Assembly: GCA_951406725.2 (NCBI GenBank)
Contig: OX597816.1
Span: 100,068,001 to 100,132,000, forward strand
DNA length: 64,000 nt
Source of the DNA: Octopus vulgaris
Taxonomy: Eukaryota
Reading direction: 5' to 3'
The translations under genes and the position numbers were made by a program. The notes beneath the pieces were generated by a model, which saw nothing but the letters and a program-made list of their open reading frames with translations, was not told where the DNA came from and made no database searches. Positions 1 to 13,847 of the stretch are shown in pieces. Every line of letters starts with the position of its first letter. Positions within the stretch are counted from its first letter, which is position 1.

Positions 1-825
1 ACGTTTGCGTTGGTATGGTCATGTACTACAGATGGATGAGGTGAGATGTGTGAAGAAGTGCCACTCCCAAACTGTTGAAAGAATCCAGGGTAGAGGTAGA
101 CCCAGGAAGACATGGGACTTGGTGGTCAAGCATGACCTTCGTACATTGAGCCTCACAGAGGCTATGACGAAAGACCGAGACCTCTGGAGATATGCTGTGG
201 ATTAGACGACCCAACAAATGAAGTGAGTTCATGGCTTGCAGGACGGCCTGCTCTGCTTGAGGAGACCTATTGTGTCAAGTTCATCAATATCAAAATGAAA
301 AGCATATGGATATTGTAGTTGTGATACTCATGCAGGTGGCACATAGGGCCTCACATAGGAAATGATGAAGCCCGAGACCTCTGAGATATGCTCTGACTGT
401 GAAGACTCGACAAATGAAGTGAGTTCATGGCTCGCAGGATGGCCTGCTGTGCTAAACTTGGATCGTAGAGTGACACACTGTTCTGGAGGAGACCTATTGA
501 GTCAACTACATCAACACCAACGTCAAAATAAAAATCAAATGGAAATTGTAGTTAAGATACCCGTGCCAGTGACACGTAAAAACACCGTCTGAATGTGGCA
601 GATGCCAGCACTGCCTGACTGGTGTCTGTGTCAGTGACACGTAAAAGCACCAACCGATCATGACCATTTGCCAGCCTGCTCTGGCCCCTGTGCCAGTGGC
701 ATATAAAAAGCACCCACAACACTCATGGAGTCATTGGCGTTAGGAAGGGCATCCAGCTGTAGAAACAGTCATATAAGACTGCAGCCTGGTGCAGCCCCCT
801 GGGACGTTAAACGATGATGATGATG
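1..825 (+). mobile_element. RTE-clade LINE 3' end (RT C-terminus, 3' UTR, (GAT)n tail)
   Basis: RLRWYGHV...GRGRPRKTW...DRDLWRYAV at 1-205; UTR ends GACGTTAAACGATGATGATGATG; same family at 50555-51652; about 200-bp internal duplication in the UTR (about 170-360 vs 370-570). Confidence 0.9.
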
Positions 826-847
826 CATGTATATATATATATGTTTG

Positions 848-1606
<759 letters not shown>

Positions 1607-1630
1607 ATAAAGATCAGACCAGCCATCGGA

Positions 1631-1703
1631 TGCTGAAACCCGGGATTGAACCAGGGCCCTTTAGATCTTCAGTCTAACGCTTTCCCAACTGAGCTATTTC
1701 GGC
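1631..1703 (-). tRNA. tRNA-Phe(GAA), probably a pseudogene or variant copy
   Basis: Minus strand GCCGAAATAGCTCAGTTGGGAAAGCGTTAGACTGAAGATCTAAAGGGCCCTGGTTCAATCCCGGGTTTCAGCA, 73 nt; about 4 substitutions vs the canonical metazoan tRNA-Phe, including D-stem and acceptor-stem mismatches. Confidence 0.9.
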
Positions 1704-1828
1704 TCATATATATATATATATATATAAAGATATATATACATATATATATATATATATACATATACACACACATATATATATATGTGTGTGTATATATATA
1801 TGTGTGTGTATATATATATATATATATA

Positions 1829-2005
1829 GAATTTGGAAAAAAGACAATAGACGAAGACTGGTGTGTAAACAACAAACCGATGTATTATTTTAATGCTCGG
1901 GAAGTGAGGAAGTGTTTTACATTTCGAGCCTACGCTCTTCAACAGAAAGGGACACAGAAATAAACAATGAGAAAAAGTAAAAAAGGTTTAGTTGCTTGCG
2001 ATCTA
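1829..2005 (-). mobile_element. Short PLE-type insert in a TA array with a variant hammerhead motif (about 1915-1948)
   Basis: Minus strand TTT-CTGTTGA-AGAGC-GTAG-GCTC-GAAA-T-GTA-AAA; flanked by TA repeats. Confidence 0.5.
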
Positions 2006-2722
<717 letters not shown>

Positions 2723-3909
2723 AAAGTTCACATATGTGCATATTTGTAGACACAATGATATTGATATTGATATGTAGTAGTTTACTGTGTTAATATGAAT
2801 GTTGTTAAGTGTCTGCAGAATATGAAATTTGTAGAAAACTATCAAAATTTCATTGATAGTGCCTGCTGTGTCATTTGTTATAGCAGTAAATTTAAAATTC
2901 TACTCCTGCCATACATATCCTGGAAATATTGTTAGTGCTACAACAGTTTGGCGTTCAGTATTCAATATTAGTCATATGTTATGTGCCTGTTACATATCAG
3001 TTGTTGCAGTCATTTTCTTTACCTTTTCCTGAAAAGGAACAATGTAATTATTTTCGTTATATTTTGTTCTATTTTTCTCTTTTCCTATTTAAATTGATTA
3101 TTCTTTCCTCTTTGCACTTATCTCTCACTTTTCTTTCACATGCTTCGTATACCTCTAACTTCGACTCATTTGCTTTATACATAACATATAGGTAGTTTTC
3201 TTTTACTGTCCATATATCTATGTATATATTACTGTTAATTTAGAAGCAAATTTAATTGAAATGTTGAGTACATTTTGTGTAGTTCAACAAACGTATTACT
3301 ATTACCATTTGTCTGTCAAAATTTGTATTAACCTAAGTAACTATTGACCAGTACAGCTGCAAAATATATGTAGCACGCAATAAATGACTATGTGACATCT
3401 AAAATATGTAAATTATTATTCAGATAATATTTATTACCTCTTCCTTAAATTCTGAGCTACTTACTACTGTATCAAATTAAGATCTATTTAATTTTAGTAT
3501 TCCTGTATACTCTTTGTAGCTTGCCTTTGCTAATTTCAAAAAAAATCTTTATCATTTATTCTTACTCTTTATTTTTTTAAATATCTTATCGTTTTATATC
3601 AGCTTATGTAGGAAACCATTCTCTAATACAGTTTCTTCCTCTGTTATTTGAAATTGTTACTTTAAACAACAATATTTGAAGGTTTTCAATTCAACAGCTT
3701 TGTTTTCTTCATTTTCATTTTCTTTTATCAATCTTACTTATATCACTAGTATTATTTGCATAAATATCTCAACTAATCAAACCAAAGATCACTGTTAATT
3801 ACATCTTTGAAAATTTCTCCGTGGTATTGTTTCTGAACTAATTTTTTACCTTCACTTTGAATTTATAATTTTTAAGTAAAGTACATTGCTTAGTCAGATT
3901 TTTCTAAAG

Positions 3910-3959
3910 GCATATGTGTGCATACACATATATGTATGCATGTATATGTGTGTGTATAA

Positions 3960-3996
<37 letters not shown>

Positions 3997-4201
3997 TTAG
4001 AAATATGTGTGTGTGTATACATATATACATATATTTGTATATAATATATATATATGTATGTATATATCAAATATATGTTATATATATTGTATATATGTTG
4101 AAATTGTACATATTATACAATATGCATTATATAAATATATATCATATATCCTATATAATGTGTGTGTATATATAAGGGATATAATATGTATGTATATATG
4201 T

Positions 4202-4239
<38 letters not shown>

Positions 4240-4300
4240 GTCTATATATATGTATATATGTGCACACACACAAACACACATACGTATATACACTCATACA
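3910..4300. repeat. TA/TG low-complexity tract
   Basis: Direct reading. Confidence 0.9.
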
Positions 4301-4398
4301 CATCTTTATGATAGTGGACGTATCTCGAACTTAATGTCTCCATTTGCTAGTACCATATCCTTATTTCAGACATCAGTCAATGAGGGAACAGGTCCTGT

Positions 4399-4434
<36 letters not shown>

Positions 4435-5622
4435 TGTGAATCTGATGAGAGAGTGACTTTGAAGCTCTACCTTTCAATAATTCAGTAATTTCAGATAACT
4501 GTTAAATTTCAGGAATTTTGAAATCTTTGCAATGATAAAGAAATGTCTTACAGGGAAAAGGCAACAGTATATTCATGATTTATTGCCTGTTTTCAGGGTT
4601 GTATAAAATTCCTGTATCCAGCTGATACAAATATATTTCAAAGTGTTTGAAATTGATAATGTATAGATTTGAAAAAACAAAGTATTACTAAATTTCTGAA
4701 GATTTTGGTATTTTAAAGCATATTACACCTCTAGAGTTCCATCTTTTATGTATTAAATTACTGATTATTAGTTTTGAAATATTTACAAATTCTCCATTGT
4801 TGCTTTATAATCAGTGTCTATTAATGACCAGTGATAACTGTATTCAAGGTGACTTATAATAAAATCTTTATACATGTGGCTTAGTATCCATACTTTTGTT
4901 TAGATTTTCTAAAACCATGTCTGTTTCTTCTAATTTAAGATTTTCAAAATGCATATGTCAAATTTCTGCTATATTTTAGTCAATTTCACTGTTTTCTAGC
5001 ACTCTTTAAGAAAAAGAGTTCTTTCTTTTCTTCATTTTATTCAATAAAAGAGAGTAAGAAAACAGTAAATTCTTTTCTATTTTTAGAAGGTTCCAAGCTT
5101 TTATCTCGTAGATTCCTTTCTGGAATTCATAATTTTGTCATTTGAAAATATTTCAGAACTCAGTCCACCTTCACTCAGTCACTTGATGGTGTTGGAGAAT
5201 ACTCTTCAAGATTCTACTTAATCTTTTTGCATCATCACCACCACTTATATAGCCATCAATTTACATCAAAATTCCCTTGATAAACGTTTGTGTGAACATA
5301 TGTGTAAATCTTTCACATAGTGCCAACATGATCATATAATAGTACTGATTTATCAAAAGTAAACTGTTTAAGTATAACAAAGTATATTATGTCCTTTGAT
5401 TTCAAAGTTATTGGTTAATTTGCTTATAAAGACAATTCTTCTTTTGAAATATCATATCATATTCTTTTACCCTCAAATAGTAAATTTAGTTAAACATTTT
5501 ACAGATATTTAAAAATACACATTTTAATGAAAGAGAAAAATAGCCTATTTTCATGAACAAATGTTTTATATAATAATAAATTGTAACAATTACTTAGTAA
5601 CATTTCTTCTGACAGTTTACAC

Positions 5623-5812
5623 TTTGAGTTAAAATTCTACTGAGGTTGACTTTGCCTTTCATCTTTTCAGTGTTGATAAGTACCAGTTGAGCATTGGAGT
5701 CAATGTAATTGACTAGCCCATTTTTCCCAAAATTTCAGGCTTTCTACCTAGTATAGAAAGGATCTTCATCATCACTATGGCAGTGAGCTGGCAGAATCTT
5801 TAGCACACTAGA
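5623..5812 (+). mobile_element. Decayed SINE fragments (family of 28153-28386)
   Basis: GAGGTTGACTTTGCCTTTCATC...AAGTACCAGTTG and GGCAGTGAGCTGGCAGAATC match the reverse complement of the 28.2 kb SINE. Confidence 0.7.
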
Positions 5813-5834
5813 CAATTTTATAACTATTATATTT

Positions 5835-7315
5835 TCTCTTAGTTTGCGGAGGTGTTGTCTTGAGGTTTGGTTACAAGAAGGCTCCTCAAATCTCAAGAAT
5901 CTTTCTTAGATTTTTACAGAATACAGGATACCACTTTCCTACAGGTTGACAATGCAAATTTTAGCTCCAATATCCTTTAGCTTCTTAGATAACAGTTTAG
6001 ATGTGTCAAGTGCACCAATTATCATATGTATAATTCTCATCTCAGTCTTCCACAATCTCTTCATCTCTATGGCTAGGTCCTGATAGTTTTCAGTTGTTTT
6101 CAGTTTCTTTGGTATCCTCTGTATTTCCTATTGCACAATCTATAATCTTATACTATTCATTTTTTCTTCCTTCTATATGTCATATCTGATCTACTTGCTT
6201 CAGTAGTATGGTCAATACTTATGAGGAAGTCCTGTAAAATCCTTTAATTCATATTCTCTATCACTACTTTTGGTTTTGTCTTCATACTACTTTTCTGATA
6301 CTTTGAATACATGTACTTGGCTAACATTTCAGTGCATTCTGTTAACCACTCAGTCATGCCTACACTTATACATTTTCGTTCTAGGCTACTTCATTCTCCT
6401 TTTCCATAGATTCTGTGTTTGTTCTCTAACTGAGTTTTTCCTAATAACTCATTCCTGAGCAGCTATAATTAGCAGTTTGGTTTCTCCTTTTTGATTTTCA
6501 TCTGTCTACACAACCAACATTGTTTACTTCTAGTATCCTTGGTTTGATGCATGAATTGACTGTGTAATTCCTTCTCTTTCCAGCTACTTGCTTTATTTTT
6601 CTTACTGCTTCAGTAACCTTTTGAACATTACTTGCTGCCAATATTATTCTTTCTTCATTACATACAAGATAATTTTTCATTATCACAATGTTAATGGTGT
6701 CTTCTGCATTTTGAAGTCCTCTGCCTTCTTCCTTTCTTTATAGCTAGGGCCTATCTATTACTTTTTGGGTGGTGTGCATTGTGAGAGGCTTTCTAGTTCT
6801 TTTATCTAAATTTTGTAGCTCGATCTTTGTCCACTTTAGAAAGAGAGCAGTGTATCTTAATACTGGCAGAACCTATGTATTTACTGCTTTGATAATATTC
6901 CCTATATTTAATTTTTGTTTTGAACATCTTCCTAATTCTTCTGATATACTCTTTGGAGATTTTCTCTCTCATTTCTTTCTCCATTATCCTGTCATCTTGC
7001 AGCACCCTTAAGTATGCGAATCCCTCATTATTTCTCTGTGATCTAATGATGTCTTTATCTTTCAGCCATTATTAACACTGTATACTTATTCATCCCCAAT
7101 ATTCTTGCTGAATACTCTTACTGTTTGGTGTAAAGAAACCAGATCTTTCTCACTTTACATGTATTGTTTGAGGTCACCCTTATGAAGGAAATAATGTATT
7201 TTTTCCTTAGTTTTGGCAAACTCATAGACAGGCCAGAATTTTCTCATTATGCTTGTCAGAGGGATTAATGCAATGACAAAAAGTAATGGGAGGAGCAAGT
7301 CTCCCTGCATTAGCC
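5835..7315 (-). mobile_element. Decayed R4/Dong-like non-LTR retrotransposon (RT 3' half plus REL endonuclease)
   Basis: Minus-strand fragments QGDLLLPLLFVIALIPL, KEMREKISKEYIRRIRK, IIDCAI, YQDLAIEMKRLW, IIGALD; many stops and frameshifts. Confidence 0.8.
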
Positions 7316-7814
7316 ATTCATTTGAACAGGAACAAAAGATTGTAAATCTGGGGTTAGATTTCTACTATATGCGATATATTGTTGTCTCCTACAGAAACTT
7401 TATTTATTTCTGTGATATTTCTTTCTCTCTTTTACTCCCTAATTACATTTGAGGCTTATGATTGTTATTAAATGATATACTGCCTCTATGGAGGATCTAA
7501 ATCTAATGATGTCTTACTTTTCCAGTGTCAAAACACATTTAAGGCTATGTGAAAATTAATATACCATATTTTCTGGCATACATGACAATGTCTTTCCAAA
7601 TCCTGCTGTATTTCACTTGAAACTTTTTGTCTTTCAAAGTTGTCTTGGTATATAAGTCAACCGACCTATTTTGGGCTGTAAATTTCAGTCTGAAAATTTT
7701 TACTAGTATGCTGCAAAATACAGTATTTCCTAATTCTCTCATGCTTGATTTCTGTTTAGGACTAAATTATCTATGGGTTTTTACTTTCTCTCATGCAAGT
7801 TACATGGCAACCTT

Positions 7815-8010
7815 ACTTTGTGCCAGTGGCATGAAAAAGCTCGCAGTACACTCTGTAAAGTGGTTAGTATTAGTAAAGTCATCCCCCCATAGAAACATGT
7901 CAACGCTGAAACTGGTACATAATGTGGCTTTGTTGCTCCTGTCAAATCATGCAACCCTTGCAGGCATGAAAAGCAGATATTAATGATGTTGAGAATGATA
8001 ATGATGATCT
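7815..8010 (+). mobile_element. Decayed RTE 3' tail
   Basis: TGTGCCAGTGGCATGAAAAAGC...CCTTGCAGGCATG...TAATGATG, similar to the tail at 690-825. Confidence 0.6.
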
Positions 8011-8563
8011 GGACTCTATCTATAAGAACAATTTTTCCGAACAGATACTGGCATATCATTCTTACATCCATCATCTCTGAGGCATAGACAAGCACATCAT
8101 ACCACCACTGTATTCATTTCTTCTGCATGACTACTCATTCCATAAAGCAAGATACATTAGAATCTTTTCATTGGTGTCCATATCTATTGCTCCTAAAAAT
8201 TTCAGTTAAAATGTTAGTACTCTTGATATCAACAAAACTCTCACTTGTGTATCACATAAGATCTAGCAAATTTTCCTCATTTTTATGCTCCAGTTGACAT
8301 TAACTCTTTAGTGTTCAAACTGGCCAAAATTAATTCCCCTTTATTTGGTCAAACTGTCCAAATCCAGCTGTATCCGACTGCTCTACAAAATCGCTAAAAA
8401 CAAAAAAAGCAAAACAAATCACATTATTGAATTCTCATAGCTTTGAGATAATGCGAGATGAGGCCTTTCTCACCTTTATTCAAGTATAAATACTGCGAAA
8501 TTGTTTAGACCACATGTTTTTTTCAACGTTTGAAGAGAAGTCAGTACCATAGCTTTTAATGAA

Positions 8564-10223
8564 ATGGCATCAGCAAGTAGCGATTTTGACTTTGAAGGTT
8601 TTTACTGTTGACGATATAGAAAATATAAATGAAAACAAGAGTATTTTATCTTTGGACGAATCTGATATCGATATTAGTGAATATTTGTCAGACAAGGAAA
8701 ATTTTGAGAATGAGTCGTAAAAAAGAAAGTGAAGAAAATGATATCGTAAACATGGTCAAAGATTACAAGACCACTCACTATTCCTGATTTCACAGAAAAT
8801 ACTGGTCCACAACACAGTTTACCTCCTGATGCTCAACCATTGGACTATCTATTTTTATTTTTACCAGAAAGGTTTTTTGAAAATGTTATGGAAGAATTAT
8901 GCACAATGTATAATTTCTATTCACGGAAGGAATGAGATCCACTATGGCAGCCAACTTATACTGCAGAATTGAGTGCGTTTTTCACAATCAGTATTATGTT
9001 GAGTGTTAAACAGCTTCCTCAACTGTAGAACTACTGGAGTCCTGATATAAGGTATGGTGATCCATATATCTCAAGTATAATGTCAAAGACGAGGTATTCG
9101 GAAATATCTCAGTATTTACAGTTAATTAATTCTGCTAATGCCTCCAGCTAAAATGACCCAAACTATGATCCCCTGCACAAAGTACGTCCTGTAATGGATT
9201 TACTCCTTAATAGTTATAAAACTGTGTATCTACCTAGGAAAAATCTCAGTGTCGATGAAGCTATGATAGGCTATAAGGGCAGAGTACATTTCCAGCAGTA
9301 CGTGCCTGCCAAACCCACTAAATGAGGGATCAAGGGATGGGAAGTTTGTGAATCAGACACTGGATATTGTATAAACTTTGATGTTTACACAGGTTAAAAA
9401 ATATAATGGAAACAGACCATATGGATTGGGACATGATGTATTATGGTCTCTTACTGAACCATTTCACTATCAGCACCGACACCTCTATTTTGACTGTTTT
9501 TTTCTTCAGTGGCTTTGGCAGAAAATCTTGCCCATGTAAGTACTTACACATGCAGTACTGTTATGGGCAACCGTAAAGGTTTACCCCATGAAGTGAAAAT
9601 AAAATTTTTAAAAAGAGGGCATATTTTACAAATGCAAAAGGAAAATTAGTAGCTACTACATTCAAAGACAAATGACAAATTTTATTTCTGTCTCCTAATG
9701 AACAACCTAGTGTTGGTACTGAGGGGAAACCCCTAGTGAATATTTGTTATAACAAATATATGAGTGGGGTTGATAAATCTGACCAATATTGGACATATTA
9801 CCTAGTTATCAACCTGGGAAGAAATGGTGGAGGTACATTTTGTGGCTTTTAGTTAATTTAACTATAGTTAATTCATATATTGTATATGTAAAAAGCCACA
9901 AGGTACCTCTACCACCAAAGGACTTTGGCCATTTGAAATTTCGAGTTGACATTGCATCTAGGTTATGTGAGGGCTTTTCTTCTAGAAAGCCTAGAACTAG
10001 GAGAAAGGCAAAATTAACTGAGGTGGATGTCAACAGTGAAAATATTGACTTTCATAAAGTCGAAAAGATAAATGGAAGAAAAAACGTTTGCAGACTGTGT
10101 TCAGTGCAAAAACGAAAAACTGCAAAAAGGTATGAGATTGAGACTTCATATATGTGTTCCTTTTGCAAAGTGCTCTTGTGTGAAGGGTGCTTTGGGCAGT
10201 TTCATGACAGTTATATGTCGTAA
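8564..10223 (+). pseudogene. piggyBac (PGBD4-like) transposase pseudogene
   Basis: Acidic N-terminus MASASSDFDFEGF; LSVDEAMIGYKGRVHFQQYVPAKPTK*GIK; YFD; YNKYMSGVDKSDQY; KKWWRYILW; C-terminal Cys-rich CRLC...CSFCKVLLCEGCFGQFH; stops and frameshifts. Confidence 0.92.
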
Positions 10224-10271
10224 CTTTATAATTTTGTACCTATGTTATTTTATATTTAAAAAAAAATTTTT

Positions 10272-10655
10272 TTTTTACTTGTTTCAGTCATTTGACTGCG
10301 GCCATGCTGGAGCACCGCCTTTAATCGAGCAACTCGACCCCGGGACTTATTCTTTGTAAGCCCAGTACTTATTCTATCGGTCTCTTTTGTCGAACCGCTA
10401 AGTGACGGGGACATAAACACACCAGCATAGGTTGTCAAGCAATGCTAGGGGGACAAACACAAACACACATATACATATATATATATATATATATATACGA
10501 CGGGCTTCTTTCAGTTTCCGCCTACCAAATCCACTCACAAGGCTTTGGTCGGCCCGAGGCAATAGTAGAAGACACTTGCCCAAGGTGCCACGCAGTGGGA
10601 CTGAACCTGGTACCATGTGGTTGGTAAACAAGCTACTTACCACACAGCCACTCCT
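10272..10655 (-). mobile_element. tRNA-derived SINE, near full length
   Basis: Same family as 889-1606, with a short internal TA tract. Confidence 0.9.
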
Positions 10656-11224
10656 TTCCTTTTCATTTTATAATAAATAATATGTGAAAGTGAGAAATAC
10701 ATATTAATTTTCAGTATGTTACACACCTGTATTCACCTTTGTTTCACCTGGTAGTTCACATCTGGGATAATTTTAGTAACAAATCAAACAGGTAAGATGT
10801 ATTAAGAATATGAATTTTAGTGTTTATTCGTAACTAGCAGAGATACCCGGCTTTGCCCATATTACATGCACTTGAAGAGTTAGACTTTTCTGTTATATTT
10901 TCTCTAATGAACTGAAATGCCTATGATTCAAATTTCATTAGAATTGCAGATCAAGGTTCTTTCCCTCTTTACACACCCTAAAAAAATTCTAATCATGACA
11001 CATGTATCCCATACTACTGATTTTTATGCACAGATTCCAAAATTCCAGTCATATAGAACCTGTTAAAAGGATTTTGCTCCTGAAAATATGCACATATACA
11101 TACATGTATATATGTATGTGTGTATTATATATATACACAAACACAAACACACACACACACAGATAGATTGGATGCAACTGAGTGGGCAAACAAAAATATG
11201 AGACACTGCCTGGTGGGTTTTTTT

Positions 11225-11516
11225 TTATTTTGATAAGCCTGGTACTTATTCTATCAGTTTCTTCTTGTCAAACCAGTAAGTTATGAGGATGTAAATAAAC
11301 GAAGAGCAGTTGTTAAGCAGTGATGAGGGAGAAACACAAAGACACACACATACACTTACATATATACATACATATATATATGATTGATTTCTTTCAGTTT
11401 CTGTCTATGAAATTGACTCACAAGGCTTTGGTTAGTTTGAGGCTATAGCAGAAGACACATGCCAGGACCATGTGTTTTGGAACCAAGTTTCTTACCACAA
11501 AGCCACACCTGTACCT
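11225..11516 (-). mobile_element. Decayed tRNA-derived SINE
   Basis: AAGCCTGGTACTTATTCTATC...CACAAGGCTTTGG...TTACCACAAAGCCAC. Confidence 0.75.
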
Positions 11517-11747
11517 ATGTATATATGTGTGTGTGTCTGTATGCATGTATATATGTGTATATATATATGTGTACATATTACATGTACATCTGTATATATA
11601 CATCTACACATATGCATGTATACATATACATTTATATATACATCTATACATATACATAAATACACATATACATATACATCTATATATATACATGTATACA
11701 TCTATATATATATATACATGTATACATATACATCTATATATATATAC

Positions 11748-11780
<33 letters not shown>

Positions 11781-11874
11781 CATCTAAATATATACATGTA
11801 TTATATATATATACATCTATATATATACATTTGTGCAGATGCTTACATATATAGATAAATAGATAGATGTATAC

Positions 11875-11910
<36 letters not shown>

Positions 11911-11914
<4 letters not shown>

Positions 11915-12566
11915 CAGGGCTTACTGCTAGGGAGTCGGCCATATGCTAGAAATAGACCATCAACGGTCAAACTACAAGGAAATTTTCTAGAGGGAAAAAT
12001 ACAGCGAACACCAGAACCAATTTTGGCGGCATGACAGATGAAAATTTATATAAGAAACAGAATTAAATGCATACCTCGGTTTCAGCCTTAACAAGAGAAT
12101 TACTTATGCAATCCAAATGTCCGTGCTTCTTCAGTGCATCCGTTCATAGTAATGTAAACGGAAAAGCTAACCCCAGCTTTCGTGCCAGTACAGACACGTG
12201 TGTAGCTTTACCGATTACACTAGTGATAAAATTTCAAATGTCTTGGCTCTGGCGCGCTAATATTTCTGAGGCGAAGGGCTGCAGTAAATAATTCACTGCG
12301 GTTCGTGCTTAGTACTAGAGAACGTATTTATTTCAATATTTAAATAATGAGGGAGATAAATTAATATTAATTTTAATATCAATTTAAAACCAGTAGTCCA
12401 GCATACAAAAATCTGAGGAGTCAGAGAAAATTCTAATATATGTGTATATTGGCAGGGCTATACACATATATTAGAATTTTCTCTGACTCCTCAGATTTTT
12501 GTATGCTGGACTACTGGTTTTAAATTGATATTAAAATTAATATTAATTTATCTCCCTCATTATTTA

Positions 12567-12571
<5 letters not shown>
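11911..12571 (-). mobile_element. Hammerhead-bearing non-autonomous element with 538-nt unit and terminal 113-bp inverted arm
   Basis: TTGGCAGGGC at 11911 and 12449; perfect inverted repeat 12336-12448 / 12459-12571; both flanks are (TA)n. Confidence 0.8.
12067..12139 (-). ncRNA. Type-I hammerhead ribozyme motif
   Basis: ATGCA-CTGAAGA-AGC..(44-nt domain)..GCT-GAAA-CCGAG-GTA-TGCAT; stem I ATGCA/TGCAT; GUA site. Confidence 0.8.
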
Positions 12572-12603
<32 letters not shown>

Positions 12604-13223
12604 ATATGTATGTATGCCTGTATATATGTGAGATAATAGTTTCGCTTTTGACATGTAATACTGAAACAGTGTAGAAGATATGATGTTGCTCTAGGCTCGC
12701 ATTAGTCGAGAAGTTAAAAATGTTTTGGGCCTATGACACTACATGGACCCTAAGTAAGGCATGTGTAAAATTTGAATGAAATTGGTTGTGTAGTTTTAGG
12801 GATTCACACAGACAGACACACATTCTCATCTTTATATATATAGATGTTATTGTTTTTACACCTGTTAATTAAATTTACTTTCCAATAAAAGTAAAATTTA
12901 ATCAGAAAGATGAGCTAGGGTTATGTAACTATAAACTGCTGGCATATAAGCACTCATTTACAAAATTTTAAATCTGTATGTAAAAAATTAACAAAATTAC
13001 AAGCAAATATCGTGGACATCCCACTTGAACCTGAATAAATCAAAACTAATGGGAACATATAAGCATTACATTTGACAAATTAATCTGAACACTAAAGGTT
13101 TAAATATTCATTTGTCTTAAGTAGTATATGTTGGTGGACCTCTATAGCATTTACTGTATCTTAGAATATATATATATATATTAACAAGGGAAAATTACAC
13201 TAATCTATTTATATATATATATC

Positions 13224-13830
13224 AAGTAGTTGTATATTGTCAACTTAATGTGACAGTCTCATGAAGGGAATCATACTACTGCTATTTAGCCCTAGGAAGA
13301 AGCAATGCTTCCTGTCACCCTTGACACGTTTCCTGTGTCCTTATGTTTACAAGGGGGAAATAAGCATCTCCATCCAGCTAAGTCTGCATTCAGAGACTAG
13401 TTTCAGAGTCTTTGCTCATCATCAGTCTGGAGTAGTATGGCCTGCTAGTCGGAGATGCCTATCTCGCTCTTGTAAACATATAAGAATTCTAGTGAAATAA
13501 ATCCACTGATAACAAAAATAAGAAATAATACATTTCTAAAAATCTCAGAGAGATTTATGCAGTAGTGGTACGATAAAGTAGTTGTATACTGTCAACTTAA
13601 TGTGACAGTCCCATGAAGGGAATTATACTACTGTTATTTAGCAGCAACACTTGTAAACATAAGGACACAGGAAATGTGTCATGGCTGACAGGAAGCGTTG
13701 CTGCTTCATAGGGCTAAATAACAGTAGTATGATTTCCTTCATGGGACTGTCAGATTAAGTTGACAGTATACAATTACTTTATCATACCACTACGGCATAA
13801 ATCTCTCTGAGATATTTAGAAATGTATTAT
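13224..13830 (-). mobile_element. Hammerhead-bearing element with 352-nt period plus inverted arm
   Basis: AAGTAGTTGTATA at 13224 and 13576; 13650-13830 is an inverted copy; flanked by TA tracts. Confidence 0.8.
13391..13429 (-). ncRNA. Minimal type-I hammerhead ribozyme motif
   Basis: CAGA-CTGATGA-TGAGCAAAGACTCT-GAAA-CTA-GTC-TCTG; stem I CAGA/TCTG; stem III palindrome ACTAGT; GUC site. Confidence 0.85.
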
Positions 13831-13847
13831 ATATATATATATATATA

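Larger units (their letters stand above)
10834..12844 (-). mobile_element. Non-autonomous Helitron-like element carrying nested inserts
   Basis: Minus-strand 5' TCTATATATAAAG and 3' GGGCAAAGCCGGGTATCTCTGCTAG (hairpin-like motif then CTAG); inserted between A and T with no TSD. Confidence 0.7.
8300..13103. mobile_element. TTAA-type MITE split by nested insertions (halves about 8300-8455 and 13032-13103)
   Basis: Left end TTAACTCTTTAGTGTTCA and right end TGAACACTAAAGGTTTAA form an imperfect TIR pair bounded by TTAA. Confidence 0.65.

Noticed and set aside
1664-1676. CTGAAGA on the minus strand
   Set aside because: This is the tRNA-Phe anticodon loop, not a ribozyme core
4360-4378. Minus-strand CTGATG..GAAA
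   Set aside because: Only 3 nt between the motifs, so no stem II; chance match or deleted relic
9789-10223. Domesticated PGBD gene
   Set aside because: The upstream catalytic region has multiple stops and frameshifts
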